64,000 nt of DNA. It comes from Octopus vulgaris. Taxonomy: Eukaryota. Of this stretch, positions 13,255 through 25,784 are shown piece after piece. Numbering within the stretch: the stretch's first letter is position 1; every line of letters begins with the position of its first letter. The stretch covers positions 94,922,001 through 94,986,000 of the forward strand of contig OX597816.1 of assembly GCA_951406725.2 (NCBI GenBank), in the 5' to 3' direction. A program made the translations under genes and the position numbers. The notes under the pieces are model-generated. The model was not told where the DNA came from. It did not search any database and saw only the letters and a list, made by a program, of their open reading frames with translations.

Positions 13255-13580
13255 ATGACCAAAAACTGTGTGTACTCTATCCCGTGCAGTTGTGGTAGGT
13301 TATACAAAGGTGAAACATGCCACCCCTTTAAAGTAAGGGTAGAGGAACAGCATAAAGCTGTGATACGAGGAGATGTTGGAAAATCAGGTATAGCCAATCA
13401 TGTATGGAAAAATGGAGACCACCTCCTGTTGTGGGATGAAGTTAAAATAATCAACAGGAAACTCCACTAGAAAATACGAAAACTGAAAGAAGCTGCACAT
13501 ATGCTAGGATACAATAACCTCCTAAGCAGACTCAGTGCAAATGTGAATATAATATGGGAAGCAGTATTAAGAAAAGATAA
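13255..13580 (+). pseudogene. GIY-YIG endonuclease fragment of a PLE
   Basis: NCVYSIPCSCGRLYKGETCHPFKVRVEEQH..SGIANHVW..WDEVKII..RKLKEA matches the PLE pattern VY.I.C.C...Y.GET; in-frame stop at 13468-13470. Confidence 0.85.
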
Positions 13581-13625
13581 AATACTTGGTTTAGAAGCCC
13601 TGAAATTCACACTATAATTGCCCAT

Positions 13626-13692
13626 GGATGTATAGCGTAGTGGATAAGAGCATGGGCTACTAATCCCTGGATTGTAAGTTCAATTCCAGGCA
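13626..13692 (+). promoter_or_regulatory. tRNA-like Pol III head (A/B boxes) inside the PLE 3' region
   Basis: A-box TAGCGTAGTGG (13633-13643), anticodon-like hairpin ggg-ctACTaat-ccc, B-box GTTCAATTCC (13678-13687). Confidence 0.65.
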
Positions 13693-15849
13693 GGTACTTG
13701 AAAAATAATATCAACAGAAAAATAACATCAGCAACATACTTTAGGAATGAGAACAGCATATTCCATTAATCAAACAAAGGGTTGGGTTCAAAATTCTACC
13801 AGAACACCTGATGAAGGCTGGAGAGTACACCAGTCAAAATATGATAACAACAAACAAGATGAGGACACATATCCGTCCATTGTAAATAATGTACATAATT
13901 CCTCATCTCAAAAATATAGAATAGTGTTAACGTTTGTTTTACCCTAGCACACATTGGACATCTTGCATATTGCTCCACATATTTACTATATTCTGGCTAC
14001 AGTGGTTCTAATTTCAATTGGTTCCTTGTTGCCTTTGAATTACAATGTATGTCATCATGTTTAGTTCTTATTGTAAATGTCTCAAGTTGGTGGAAAACAA
14101 TTAATTCTTCAATTGCAAGATGTTACCTTCAGCTGTTAAGTTATTTTTCAATGACTTAGACAATCTTTCAACAATAGAATTGCTTGAATTACTATCAAAA
14201 ACCCTTTTTAATATTCCAGATAAAATATAACTGTTTGTAATCACCGGTTCTGTATTTTCATTTTTTTTTTTTATATAACAATAGTTTCTACAAAACAAAA
14301 AAGAAATCACTACACCCCCACGACTACGACGATGACGACAACAACGACAACCACCACTGCTACCACTACTACATCATCTTCATCATCATCATCGTCATCA
14401 TCAACAACAACAACAAAATCTCTTTTAGCTTTTCAGACTGAATGAGACAAGATGAAACAAATACAAAAACTAACTACATTTTAACAAATGTTCAACGAGA
14501 ATAGATTTCAAAGATTTTGATTTACTTTAGCCATAGTAGTTGGTTGATTATAAATGAATTAATTATTCATTATTGCAGTATTTTCATTAATAAACATACT
14601 AAATAAAAGATTAAGGTTATTCATATCAATAATATAAATAGCAAATCTCATAGTTATAAAAGTCTTCAGTTAAACCATCATTAGTAGATTTATTCAATAA
14701 CAACCTGAATGTTTCAATTAAGAAATTGAAGTGGATGAAGAGAAACTCAGACACATTTCTTTTCAATACTTAGACACCTGCTTCACTCCTTCAGCCAAAA
14801 TGATTGGACTCAGTTCTATAAATATTGAATACTGTATGAAGATCTTTGCAACCAAATCAAAAGGTTTTGTATGAAATTAAATACTTGAAATTTCGTTTTT
14901 GCTGTATGCCATATGCTGTAAATCATAAAAGTGAATCATATATTTTGATAATATATACATTCAGAATATTGCTTGCTCCATCAAACAAATGAAAACATGC
15001 TGCCAAAGTACTGAAGAGCTTTGATATGCCAATACAAGCCTATCAGATGCCTTAATACTCACTTTTGCATAACTTTTGATACAACCTTTGTTACTTCCAA
15101 TTGTGATAAAGCATCAAACATATGATATTTCAGGTCTTTTTGCATTTGATATTTCATAATCAAATGCTATTATTTACAATGTCTATCTTATAATACTTTC
15201 AGTAAAGCACAACTGTTGCTAACATCACCTTCTTGTGGCTTATAATCTGAGGTCAGTTTAAATTTTTTATCCAAATAGAAAACGCTTTCCAAGTGCACCA
15301 TACAATTGCCTAGGCTTCTTTTAAATACTGGAATATTTGTGGTTCAATTGTACATAAATATAATACAGGATAGCTATCTTGTGAAAATATTCCAGATATA
15401 GTCACTTCTCTAAATACTTAAACAAACAGAAAATGAAAGTCTTTGCATTCTTAATTAATTAATATTAATATGGTACATTGAATCCAGTAGGTACATGTTG
15501 AAGTCAATAATGTTGTTGCACAGGATGTACAGTATATATCTGAGTAAAGTAGTTACATAGATTTCTTTACCTGTGAAGGTCTTATTCAATTGAATATCCA
15601 AACTTTATCATCATACTGGTAGCTATGTTAAATAGTTTCAATTACATGACTTTAAGCTGAGTTCAAGATATAGTAAGCATGTAAAATGTATACATTGTTA
15701 CAATATGAAGGCATTGCTATCACAGAGTGCAAAGCCTAGATCAAGAAGGCATATATTGATTTTTGTTGAATGTTGTTTATGATAATGGGTTCTGTTTCGC
15801 AGGGGTGTATACTCATGGTATTGTTCTGTTGAATGACTCCAAACTATCA

Positions 15850-16190
15850 AGGATCATTTATAAGGACTGTATCTTGTGTAGTGGAAAGGGATGAGGTTGT
15901 GCATGTTTAGATGTTATAAGAAGTAGATTGTTCATGTTGAGAGAGAAGAGTTGAAGAAAAATAACAAAGTTATACATATCTCCAAAGTGATAATGAGGAT
16001 CAGAAAGTGCCTCTCAGCAACAAATGGTGAAACATTCTGAGAGGATGGTTCCAGTCTACAGCTGAACAGTTTTGTCAGAAGCATCTCATATCACACATGA
16101 TGAAAGCCTTTGGCGATGTTAAAACTAACAGTTTTACTTTGGCTGAAGTAGTTTTGTAAGAAACAGACACTGATGGGTGATATAAGATCT
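15850..16190 (-). mobile_element. Decayed CR1/Jockey-like LINE RT fragment
   Basis: Minus translation YITHQ..SKTVSFNIAKGFHHV*YEMLLTKL resembles the RT motif D.SKAFD.VWH..LL.KL. Confidence 0.5.
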
Positions 16191-16749
16191 TTTCTCATTT
16201 ACATGTGGTTACTGTAAATGAGAAGATATATAACGAAGATGATTCTTGGAAAGTGCTTTCTTAATGACAACCAGTAACACTCATATATATTTACAATGTC
16301 TGTTAATGTGTTTATATGTCTACAGATATATGCATGTGTGCATGTAGGTGTATACATATACATATGTGTGTGTGTCTGTGTATGTACATGCAGATATACA
16401 TGTATACACCTGCAGACATATAAATACATTAACACCTGTCTTAACTATATGTGCTACTATATCAAATGTAATTTTGATGTATTATATCAATGAACGCCAA
16501 AAGTAAAACGGCAATGTAAGATGTTAGACTATCAGCTTGGAACTCATTAATTCATATCCATGGCATATGTTTTGATAACTCTCTACAAGATATTTAATTT
16601 TCTCTCAGATCACCTTAGAAAAACATTACCTGGTACTTGGAAAATATCATCTAAATGAGACTGAACAGATAGTATATATAATAGCTAAATATTCAGTTAT
16701 TAGGATTTTGATGTCAGCTTTACCTTTCATATATCAAGAGTCATATATA

Positions 16750-16914
16750 GGCGCAGGAGTGGCTGTGTGGTAAGTAGCTTGCTAACCAACCACATGGTTC
16801 TGGGTTCAGTCCCACTGCGTGGCATCTTGGGCAAGTGTCTTCTGCTATAGCCCCGGGCCGACCAATGCCTTGTGAGTGGATTTGGTAGACGGAAACTGAA
16901 AGAAGCCTGTCATG

Positions 16915-16945
<31 letters not shown>

Positions 16946-17144
16946 TTGTCCCCCTAGCATTGCTTGACAACCGATGCTGGTGTGTGGTGTGTTTACGTCC
17001 CCGTCACTTATTTAGAGACCAATAGAATAAGTACTGGGCTTACAAAGAATAAGTCCCAGGGTCGATTTGCTCGACTAAAGGCGGTGCTCCAGCATGGCCG
17101 CAGTCAAATGACTGAAACAAGTAAAAGAGTAAAGAGAAAGAGAG
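16750..17144 (+). mobile_element. tRNA-derived SINE family A (young copy)
   Basis: Homologous to 7760-8148; GTTCAGTCC B-box; CpGs retained. Confidence 0.85.
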
Positions 17145-17609
17145 TCAATAAAATAAGTAGCACTAATATACTAGGTTGATTTTAGTAGATTACATTCTTT
17201 CCACTAAAACTAATATGTACATGCTGAGTGAAACTACCCAGATCAACCGCTATGTTACCTTACCTTTCAAAATGTAGCCTTGTACTTAGTCAAAAAGAAA
17301 TCTTTATTACTTTCAAGTGACTGGCATTCTATGCAATGGATGATTCATCTCTCATTTGCTTAGAAATACACAACATAAGGTTATTGGAGATATTTACCAG
17401 GTGAAATGCTTAATGGTATTTCGTGTGCCGCTATGGCTTGAGTTCAAATTCTGCCAATGTCAACTTTGTCTTTCATCCTTTCAGGGTCGATAAATTAAGT
17501 ACCAATCTAGTACTGGGATCGATGTAATTGACTATCCCCCTCTGCACAAATTCCAGGCCTTGTGTCTATAGTAGAAAGGATTATTATTAGAAATCATGAT
17601 TATATAGAT

Positions 17610-17857
17610 CAGTGGTTCTCAGTCATTTTTTGCCTGTTAACCTCTTTGATTCCTATTTTGCTCTACTGGACTTGCAAAGGCATTCACTAGATATATAAAA
17701 AAAATATTACTGTATTTTTATACTTAAATATTATTAATATTATTAGGAATTGTATAAAAGAAATTAAAACGTTTTGAGTATTGTGCAAGTATAACCAATT
17801 TATTGCACATAAATTTTAACAACAAAATTTTATATGGATCCTGGCTAAAAAGCTCTG
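17610..17857. mobile_element. hAT-type MITE
   Basis: CAGTGGTTCTC...CTG termini with an imperfect 8-bp TSD atatagat/atgtagat. Confidence 0.65.
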
Positions 17858-19342
17858 ATGTAGATAAAGTATGACAAGCTTCAGATATTGCTTCACCTAT
17901 ATATTTCACATTGCTGCTCATGATTTAAAAAAAAAAAAATTGTGAGTGGTGATCAGACATTTATTTTCCTGATAAATCTGAGTTACTTTCTTCTTTTTTT
18001 TTTCGCTAAAATGAAAAATTGGTAGCTGTCAAGTTGAGATAATCTCCTGGTCACTTAGATTTATGCTTGTAATTGTTTCACATCACTTATGTTTCAAACA
18101 TATCTCAGAAGCTTCATTTCCTTATATAGCTTCATTTCCTTTTTTCTTGTAGCAAGTCTATATAATGATTTGAACTCCAGACCTATTGTTTTCAATCAGA
18201 AATTTATTTGTAAACAACTCTATCAGTGAAGCATAATAGCAGGGTCTGCTATTATGACTATCAAAATGCTGCACTTTAGAAGGAACTCTCTACACTACCA
18301 CTAGCACACTCATTACTTTTGCAGGAATATTTTTTGCTTCTCTTTTAATACATATACTACTACTATGAATAGAACCCCTGGATGTTACTTTGTTAATTTT
18401 CTTTGGACCATTGCATCTGATACATGTTCTTATCAGTAAACAGATGGTGAATCAAAACTGATTGATTCCTCTTCTAAATCATCCTATTCATCTTATTGTT
18501 AATCCTTTTCTTTAAAAAAACTCTAATGTTTTTGGTATGTATAAGAGGCAAGCATGTCTCTTGACACTTTGTTATTGGACATACTCAACAGAAATAGATT
18601 TCGTGAGATATGGTGGAAATTTTAAGGAGAATCTAAGTAGTCAGTTTTATTGAATTGTAAGTTGCTGCAATAGTTGCTTAAATGTAACGCATCTCTTACA
18701 TTTATAGATTCTCCCTTAAATAGAGCAAAGTACTAAAAAATTAAACATGGATTGCTAATCACTGCTACGTCAAATGATATTGAGGAAAAGGATGGGGAGG
18801 ATGTCTAAGCTGTATACATAAAGAAATATACGCATCATCAAGAATTTAGAACTTATACAACTCATTAAATTTTTCAAGCAGTTCTCTTAAGTACACAAAT
18901 ATGCTTTTTGCATCACACACTTTATTGACCCAAGAAGAATGAAAATCAAAGTTAACTCTGGTAAGATTTGAACTCAGAATATCATGGCTTACCTGTTGGT
19001 TTTTCAAGGAACAGCATGTGAAGCAGGCTGGAGTTTAGTTGATTGAATATATCTAAATGTATTAGTGGTTTATATTTTATTAAATTCTAGTGGATGGGCT
19101 GAAAAGTAATATTGACCACATCAGAATCATAACCATGAGGTATCGAATTAATTATTGCAGAACAAACCAGTGTGATGTTTTATGGGCTGTCTTGATCATC
19201 TCCAATGTTCTATAACTGTTATAACGTTAAATGTAGATAGCTAAAGATAATATATATTTCAGCTAAGTATATTGACTGCAGCAAACCTTCATACTCTTGG
19301 CTAAATTCTAGATCTGCAGAGATAATAAACTGTATGTGTGTA

Positions 19343-19396
<54 letters not shown>

Positions 19397-19447
19397 TGTG
19401 TGCATGTGTGTTTGGATAAATATACTAATGCACACGACTCTCATCTA

Positions 19448-19495
<48 letters not shown>

Positions 19496-21429
19496 TGCAC
19501 ACACATGCCTGCATGCACATATTCAATAAATCTTTCACTCATATTTGTCAATAAATATAGATAAGAGCAAAAATAAGCTTGTTAGATACTCATATAACTG
19601 TTTAAATTTGGCAATGTAAGTGTAGTGAAATATCTAGAAGTGAATCCTAAATAACCTCATAAACTTGGCTGTATAGAAGCTTTCTTTCTACATTATTGTT
19701 GTTGTTGTTGTTTAAAACCAGGTCATCCTTGATAAAGCAGATCTAATGATCAGAGATATTCTGACCATGGACATTCTGACCTTTCAAGTTCTGCTTACCT
19801 AAGACTGCATTACCAACTGTGTTTCTCACTTTTCCAGAGACTGGAGAGTAATTTAAAGGAGATTTGGTTGCTACTTCTTCATAATCAAACTAACACATAG
19901 AGGGCCCTTTGTTGGCAACATTATAATGTTGCAATAGTTGTGTAAATAACTGTGAGATGGGTACAGCTATCGTATAGTTTAGCAGAACGAAACAGTACAG
20001 TTTAGTTGCTTAGTATAGTTCAGTGTGAGTGCTCAGCCACTTGCACATTAATTTCATGAACAGGCTATTCTGTTGGTCAGATCAATTGGAACATTGTCAT
20101 TATGATCGACAGAGTGCCAGTTAAAGTTAACTGTAGTTCTCAACCCTGACAAAGCAAACCTTTGATCAAAGCTGCTTCAGCTGTGGCTATCTCGTCCCTT
20201 ATCCGATGCAATGTATTTAGACCTACATTATGCTATGCATCAACAGCTAGCTTTGGAGTTGCTGACAACTCAGGCAAGTTGAATTTTGTTACCTATAGAA
20301 GTATATTTTAAAAGAATATTTCACAAAGTAGCAGAATCTACAAATATAGAAATAAAGCGTTCTTTTATTCTTTATATATATAGTGCAGCCATGGTTGTGT
20401 GGTTAAGAAGCTCACTTTCCAATCACATGGCTTCAGGTTCAGTCCCATTCTGTGGCACCTTGGGCAAAGTGTCTTCTATTATAGCCCTGGAATGACCAAT
20501 GCCTTGTGAATAGATTTGGTAGGCTGATAGATCTAATTACTGTTTGCCTACATCTGAGTAGATTTGGTAGGCAGATAGATCTAATTACTGTTTGCCTACA
20601 TCTGAGTATACCTGTCCATATACACACTTTAAAATAAAACTTTTTCTAATTATAGGAGGAATGCCTGGATTTCATTCTTCACATACATGTATTTTCATTG
20701 GTAATGCTTTTCTGGGTATATGCATAAATGTAATTGCTTTTTCCAAATAAATTCCACTTCATATTTGAGGCTCTGATGAAACTATAAACTGTTACTCAGG
20801 CACTAAACTATGAGTTTTATAGCAGAATCTAATGAAGTTCTTAAGATAATTGTTTATTCCTTTGTCATTCTCATTTACTTATATATATATATGAAAATAC
20901 ATGTGTTTGTTCCCTCACCTGCTGCTTGAAAACCAGTTTTGGTTTGTTTACATCCATATAACCTAGTAGTTCAACAAAAGAGACTGATAGACTCAGTACC
21001 AGACTTTAAAAGTAAGTACTGAGGTTGATTGTTTGACAAAACCCTTCAAGGCAGTGCTGCAGTATTGTTGGAGTCCAGTGATTGAAACAAATAAAGATAG
21101 AAGATACAAAATAAAAAGAACAGTTCAGATATAGCATCAAAGTTTCAAATTCTTTAATTAATTTAACTAAGAGGGAGAGGATAAGAGAAAAAGATAAAGG
21201 GATAGATGTGTACAGAAAGAGAGAAGGAGAAAGTTAGAGAAAGATCAAAGCTGTATTTACATTACTGGCTATGATTTCAACAAATGTCGTTTCCAAATGG
21301 AAGTAGATATGTGAGGGAAAGTCCAGAGGGTACTGTTGATCTCCTATACATGAAACAGACTTTTTTCGAAATAAATTAAAGAATATGAACAAAAGAAACA
21401 ATGGTAAAAGACATGCATTATCCCAACTA

Positions 21430-21760
21430 ATACGTTTTCCTTGTGCTTTTAGATTTGCAAATGTTTTCATAAGACTTTCTGTAACTATTGTTTTTACAGT
21501 ATCATTTTTATGGACAAAATTGCAAAATACTTTAATCTGTCTTGTGTCATGGATGATCGTAAATATCTCTTTGTAAAGCTTCTCTCTCTTGTGACCACAT
21601 TTATAGGTATTCTAAGCAATATTCTTAATGCAGCTCACAGATTTAGCATGACATCCTGTAACTTATAACTGTTGATAAATCCAATTGCATCAATTGAATG
21701 CTATACATTTCCAGGAAATAAATTTTCTTTTTTGCAATATCTAGCAGAAAGAAGAGCTTA
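21430..21760 (-). pseudogene. hAT transposase C-terminal dimerisation-domain relic
   Basis: Minus translation ERSFTKRYLRSSMTQDRLKYFAILSI..FANLKA matches ERSFS.....LRSTM.Q.RL..LAILSIE..FA..KAR. Confidence 0.75.
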
Positions 21761-24284
21761 TACCTGTTAATAACACCCACTCAATATTTTAAAACAAGCT
21801 CACTCCATTTAAGGAATTTTCACTTATTGTTTTATTTAATTTTAATTATTATTATCATATATTCTGTTTCTTATTTTGAAAACCCCATGTACTTGTCATA
21901 ATATCCCATTTCTCATAGCACATGGTACCTCAGGTGATTGCTCAAATTGCCTGTGCCTTCAGCTCCCTTTGATTGCATCAGACCAATGTTTTACAAGATA
22001 GGGAGTAATTTGAAAAAAGGTTTGACTGCTACTTCTAGCAGGCAAGTAACAATGTAATGTAGTTGATTGATGTAGCAGTATAAGTGCACATTATTGGTAT
22101 GGTGTAGTTCAATATTATTGTACAGTGTAATTTATTAATCTATTAATTAGATTTGATGAAGGTATCGTGTTGTGAAATATAGAGTGGTGTTGTATTGATA
22201 TGGTAGATAGAGAAATACAGTGTAGTGTTTGTCTAGGGAAATGTAATGTTTGTTTAGTCTAGTTGTTGAAGTAGCTTAATTTTGGATTGATTCATAGAGC
22301 AAACCCATAATCAAAGAAACCAAAGGTTTTTGAGCCCTAATGATCTCATCTTATTTCCAGCATAGTGTATCTAAGACTACATGTTCATATGTAATCCCTT
22401 TTAAAGACAGTTGAGTATGATTTGATGGAAATTTGGCTGCTATTTCTAATAGGTTGCATGTTCACAAAGAGGCTCTCCTATGGTGCAGTGTAGTTCATGA
22501 GTTTTGTACCGTTCAATAGTGCAGTGCTGTATAGATTGTTATATAGTAGAGAGTAGGTCATTGGCTTGGTGCATGGGAAAACTTAACAGTGCAGGCAGAG
22601 AACAGTTTAATTGTGATGTACTGTAAGATCAGTAGTACATATTCTGGATTTCAGGTATGTTGTGTTGAATAGCTTGCTAATGGAGTTTAGTGGTGTGGTA
22701 TATGAAGCATGTATTTATTTCAATTCAAATTTCTTTATTTGTTTATTTATTGGTTTAGTTTGCAGGAGAGGTTTCCGTTCATGGCCTCTGTAAGATCTCC
22801 AAAACTGGTAAAATTGAAGCAGTTATTGAATAGTTGCAAGTTGATCACTATACTACTGTAATGCATACAGCAGTATAGTAGTGTGGTCTTGTGCTTTATA
22901 GAAATGTGGTGTAATGCGGTACAGTTGTGAACAATAGAGTTTATTAGTGGTGTAATGTTGTTTAGTAGCATGATGTGGTACCATTTAGTACAGCACATAG
23001 AGTGGTTGTTGTTGCTGCTGTTGCTGAATCCTAGATTGATTCGGATTGAGCAGATCTATGACTGATGGCATGGCTATTTAGTAAGAGGTTTGCTTCCCAA
23101 CTACATGGTTCTGAGTTCAGTTCCACTGCATTGTTTTTTGGGCAAGTGCCTCCTACTATACCCTCGAGTGGCAGTGGAGAAGGGAACATACTGCTTGGGC
23201 AACTACTAATCTCCCATAAAACCCTGCCCAGGCCTGTCCCCTGGAGAGGACAATCCAGTGTCATCTGACCATGGTAGCAAAACAATGAAAGTAGTAGTCT
23301 ACTGGTGGCACCTAGGTTTATAGTTCGGTGTGGTACAGTTTAGTAGAAGTGGAATGTCTATAGTTTAGTAATGCGGTGTGATGTGATACATACAGGTTAG
23401 TATGTTGTGGTATATACTGGTTTGTAGTGTGGTTGGTTCATGCAAGTTTATAGTTTATAACGGTGCATACAGATTTGTAATGTGGTATGGTACTATTTAG
23501 TAATATTGTGTGGTAGATACAGTTTAGTAGTGCCGTGTGGTATAGTTTAATGCGATGTGGTACATATAGGTTTGTAGTATGTTGTGGTAAAGACAGGTTT
23601 ATGGTATAATGTGGTACATTTTAGAGTGTGGTTTGGTATATACAAGTTTGTAGTGTGTTATGATGGTTTGTGGTATAGTGGTGTACAGTTTAATTGGTGT
23701 TGTTCACTCCTAGGTAGAAACTGATGGAACAGGGACACATGATCAAAAAAGGTATTCCAGTTATGGTCACCACATCTTTTTGTGAATAATGTGTCTTTTC
23801 CTTTACCAGGCCAATAAGAGTATGATATGAGAGAGATTTGGCTGCTATTTCTAGCAGACTGAACACCCAATTAGAGTCACTTTTGTTGACTTGTGTTACA
23901 TAGTATTGAATACTGTACTTTAGCAATGTGGTGCAACGCAATTTTGTAAAACTGCATAGAGCAATTTACTGATGTGTTATTACATAGTTATTGTTGCAAA
24001 CATGAGTTCCAGCTGTGACCATCATTTCTTTCTAACATATTACATTTTGAATCTACTTATCCCATATAAGCAACTATTTTTATGAAAATAGTTTGAAGAT
24101 TTGGTCAAGCAATAGTGTAGAGGTTTCCTCATTAGCTTACAGTCATAGTTATTAATGTTGCATTAGTGGCTCAAGCTTAATGCTGTTTCGTAGTGTGGCG
24201 TTATACATTTTGGCAGTGTACTTGAGGGCAGCTTAGTGGTTGGTGATGCATTTTTGTTGTTGGTATTTAGCCCCAGGTTATGTG

Positions 24285-24530
24285 CAGGCACCTTGAGCAA
24301 GACACTTTATTTCACGTTGCTCCAGTCCACTCAGCTGGCAAAAATGAGTTGTACTTGTATTTCAAAGGGTCAGCCTTGTCACTCTCTGTGTCACGCTGAT
24401 TATCCCCGAGAACTACGTTAAGGGTACACGTGTCTGTGGAATGCTCAGCCATTTGCACATTAATTTCACGAGCAAGCTGTTCCGTTGATCGTATCAGCTG
24501 GGACCCTCGTCGTCGTAACCGGCGGAGTCT
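24285..24530 (+). mobile_element. SINE family D (5'-truncated)
   Basis: ccttgagcaagacactttatttc core with a CpG-rich tail; a decayed tail copy lies at 20025-20120. Confidence 0.6.
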
Positions 24531-24879
24531 TTAATGTGCAGGCATAGCTAAATGATTAAGAAGTTCATTTTGCATTAATGAGGTCCTTGGTTCAATCTTA
24601 CTATGAAGGAACTCTGGGTAAATATTTTTAGCTATAGCCTCTGGTTAACCCAAGCCACATAGATGAAATTATGCTGTTGTAGGATACCAGGCCAATCTTG
24701 AGAGAGCAGACAATATTTTGATAAAAGAATCAAAGACAATTTTGACCATAACCATACTGTATCTTTTAATTTTGGAATAATGTACCTTAAACAACATTTT
24801 TTAATGTATCTTTTATGAGATAGAAAGGTGTGACTAAACTAAACTACATTATTAATGTCATCATCATTATCTGGTTGAG

Positions 24880-25232
24880 CTTGCTCAGATATTTTTAACC
24901 TGTACATACCATCCATCTTGGTCCTTCATTAGTTGATGGAGGTCTTCAAGGAAGCATCCAGTGTCTTTAGTGTGTTTATCTACATATGTTATGTTCAGAT
25001 GACCAGCTAAAGCAGTGGTTCTCAACCTATGGTTCACAGACCCCTGGCGGTCTGCAAAGGAAGTCCTGGGGGTCTGTGGACTAAATTCAAAATTTTATAT
25101 ATATATATATATCACGTGATCACGTGACCGACCAGACCATCAGATGTTGTTACACATCGCTGGTCACAATGCGTTCGCATTGTTTTAGCCTTTGAATGAC
25201 ACCACCCTGCTGGCTATGCGTGCAGGCCAATA

Positions 25233-25272
<40 letters not shown>

Positions 25273-25690
25273 CGGATAAGCATATTAACAAAGGGAAAAC
25301 TCATTTAAATAAAAGGGGAAAACTCATTTAAATAAAAGGGATCCTTGCTAGTGAAAAGATTGGTATCCATAGCAGCCAGTCACTTGCCAGATCTTGTTTG
25401 GCTCATCAGCAATGTCTCACAAGGTGCACTGACCTTTCTCTTATAGTGATGGAAACAGGCAGGAGATCTCCATACAGCTGTTTCTTGATGGCATGAGTTC
25501 TCCAAAATATGTTTAAGATTGCTCTTAACATTCAGGTGTAAGTTCCATCTAGCTTGGATTCCAGTTTTTTGGTAAGCATTCAGGCTGTTGTTCTATACAA
25601 AAGGACTGAGTCTGCTGTTGTACAGAAAATATTCCTCTGAAGGTTGTCTGACAGGCTTGTGTACTAATGTAATATAGTTTAATTGTGGGC
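24880..25690 (-). mobile_element. RTE-like LINE 3' fragment interrupted by a hAT MITE (~25012-25371)
   Basis: Minus peptides KQLYGDLLPVSITIRER..QDLASDWLLW and KDTGCFLEDLHQLMKDQDGW on either side of a cagtggttctcaacc MITE. Confidence 0.6.
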
Positions 25691-25784
25691 ATTGTTTTTT
25701 TTCAGCTTAGGTCAACTGAAGTCAGCCTTGGGCCAGTAGACTTATCAAAAAGTGGGCTCCATCCACTTCTTAACTTTTGATTCA

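Larger units (their letters stand above)
13125..13893 (+). mobile_element. Penelope-like element 3' fragment with inverted pseudo-LTRs
   Basis: ~115-bp inverted repeats (13125-13242 and 13779-13893), each with a CTGATGA core, flanking a GIY-YIG fragment. Confidence 0.85.

Noticed and set aside
23330-23700. Periodic gtgtggtatagtttagta tract as a functional array
   Set aside because: Highly degenerate low-complexity minisatellite with no constant unit, ORF or structure.
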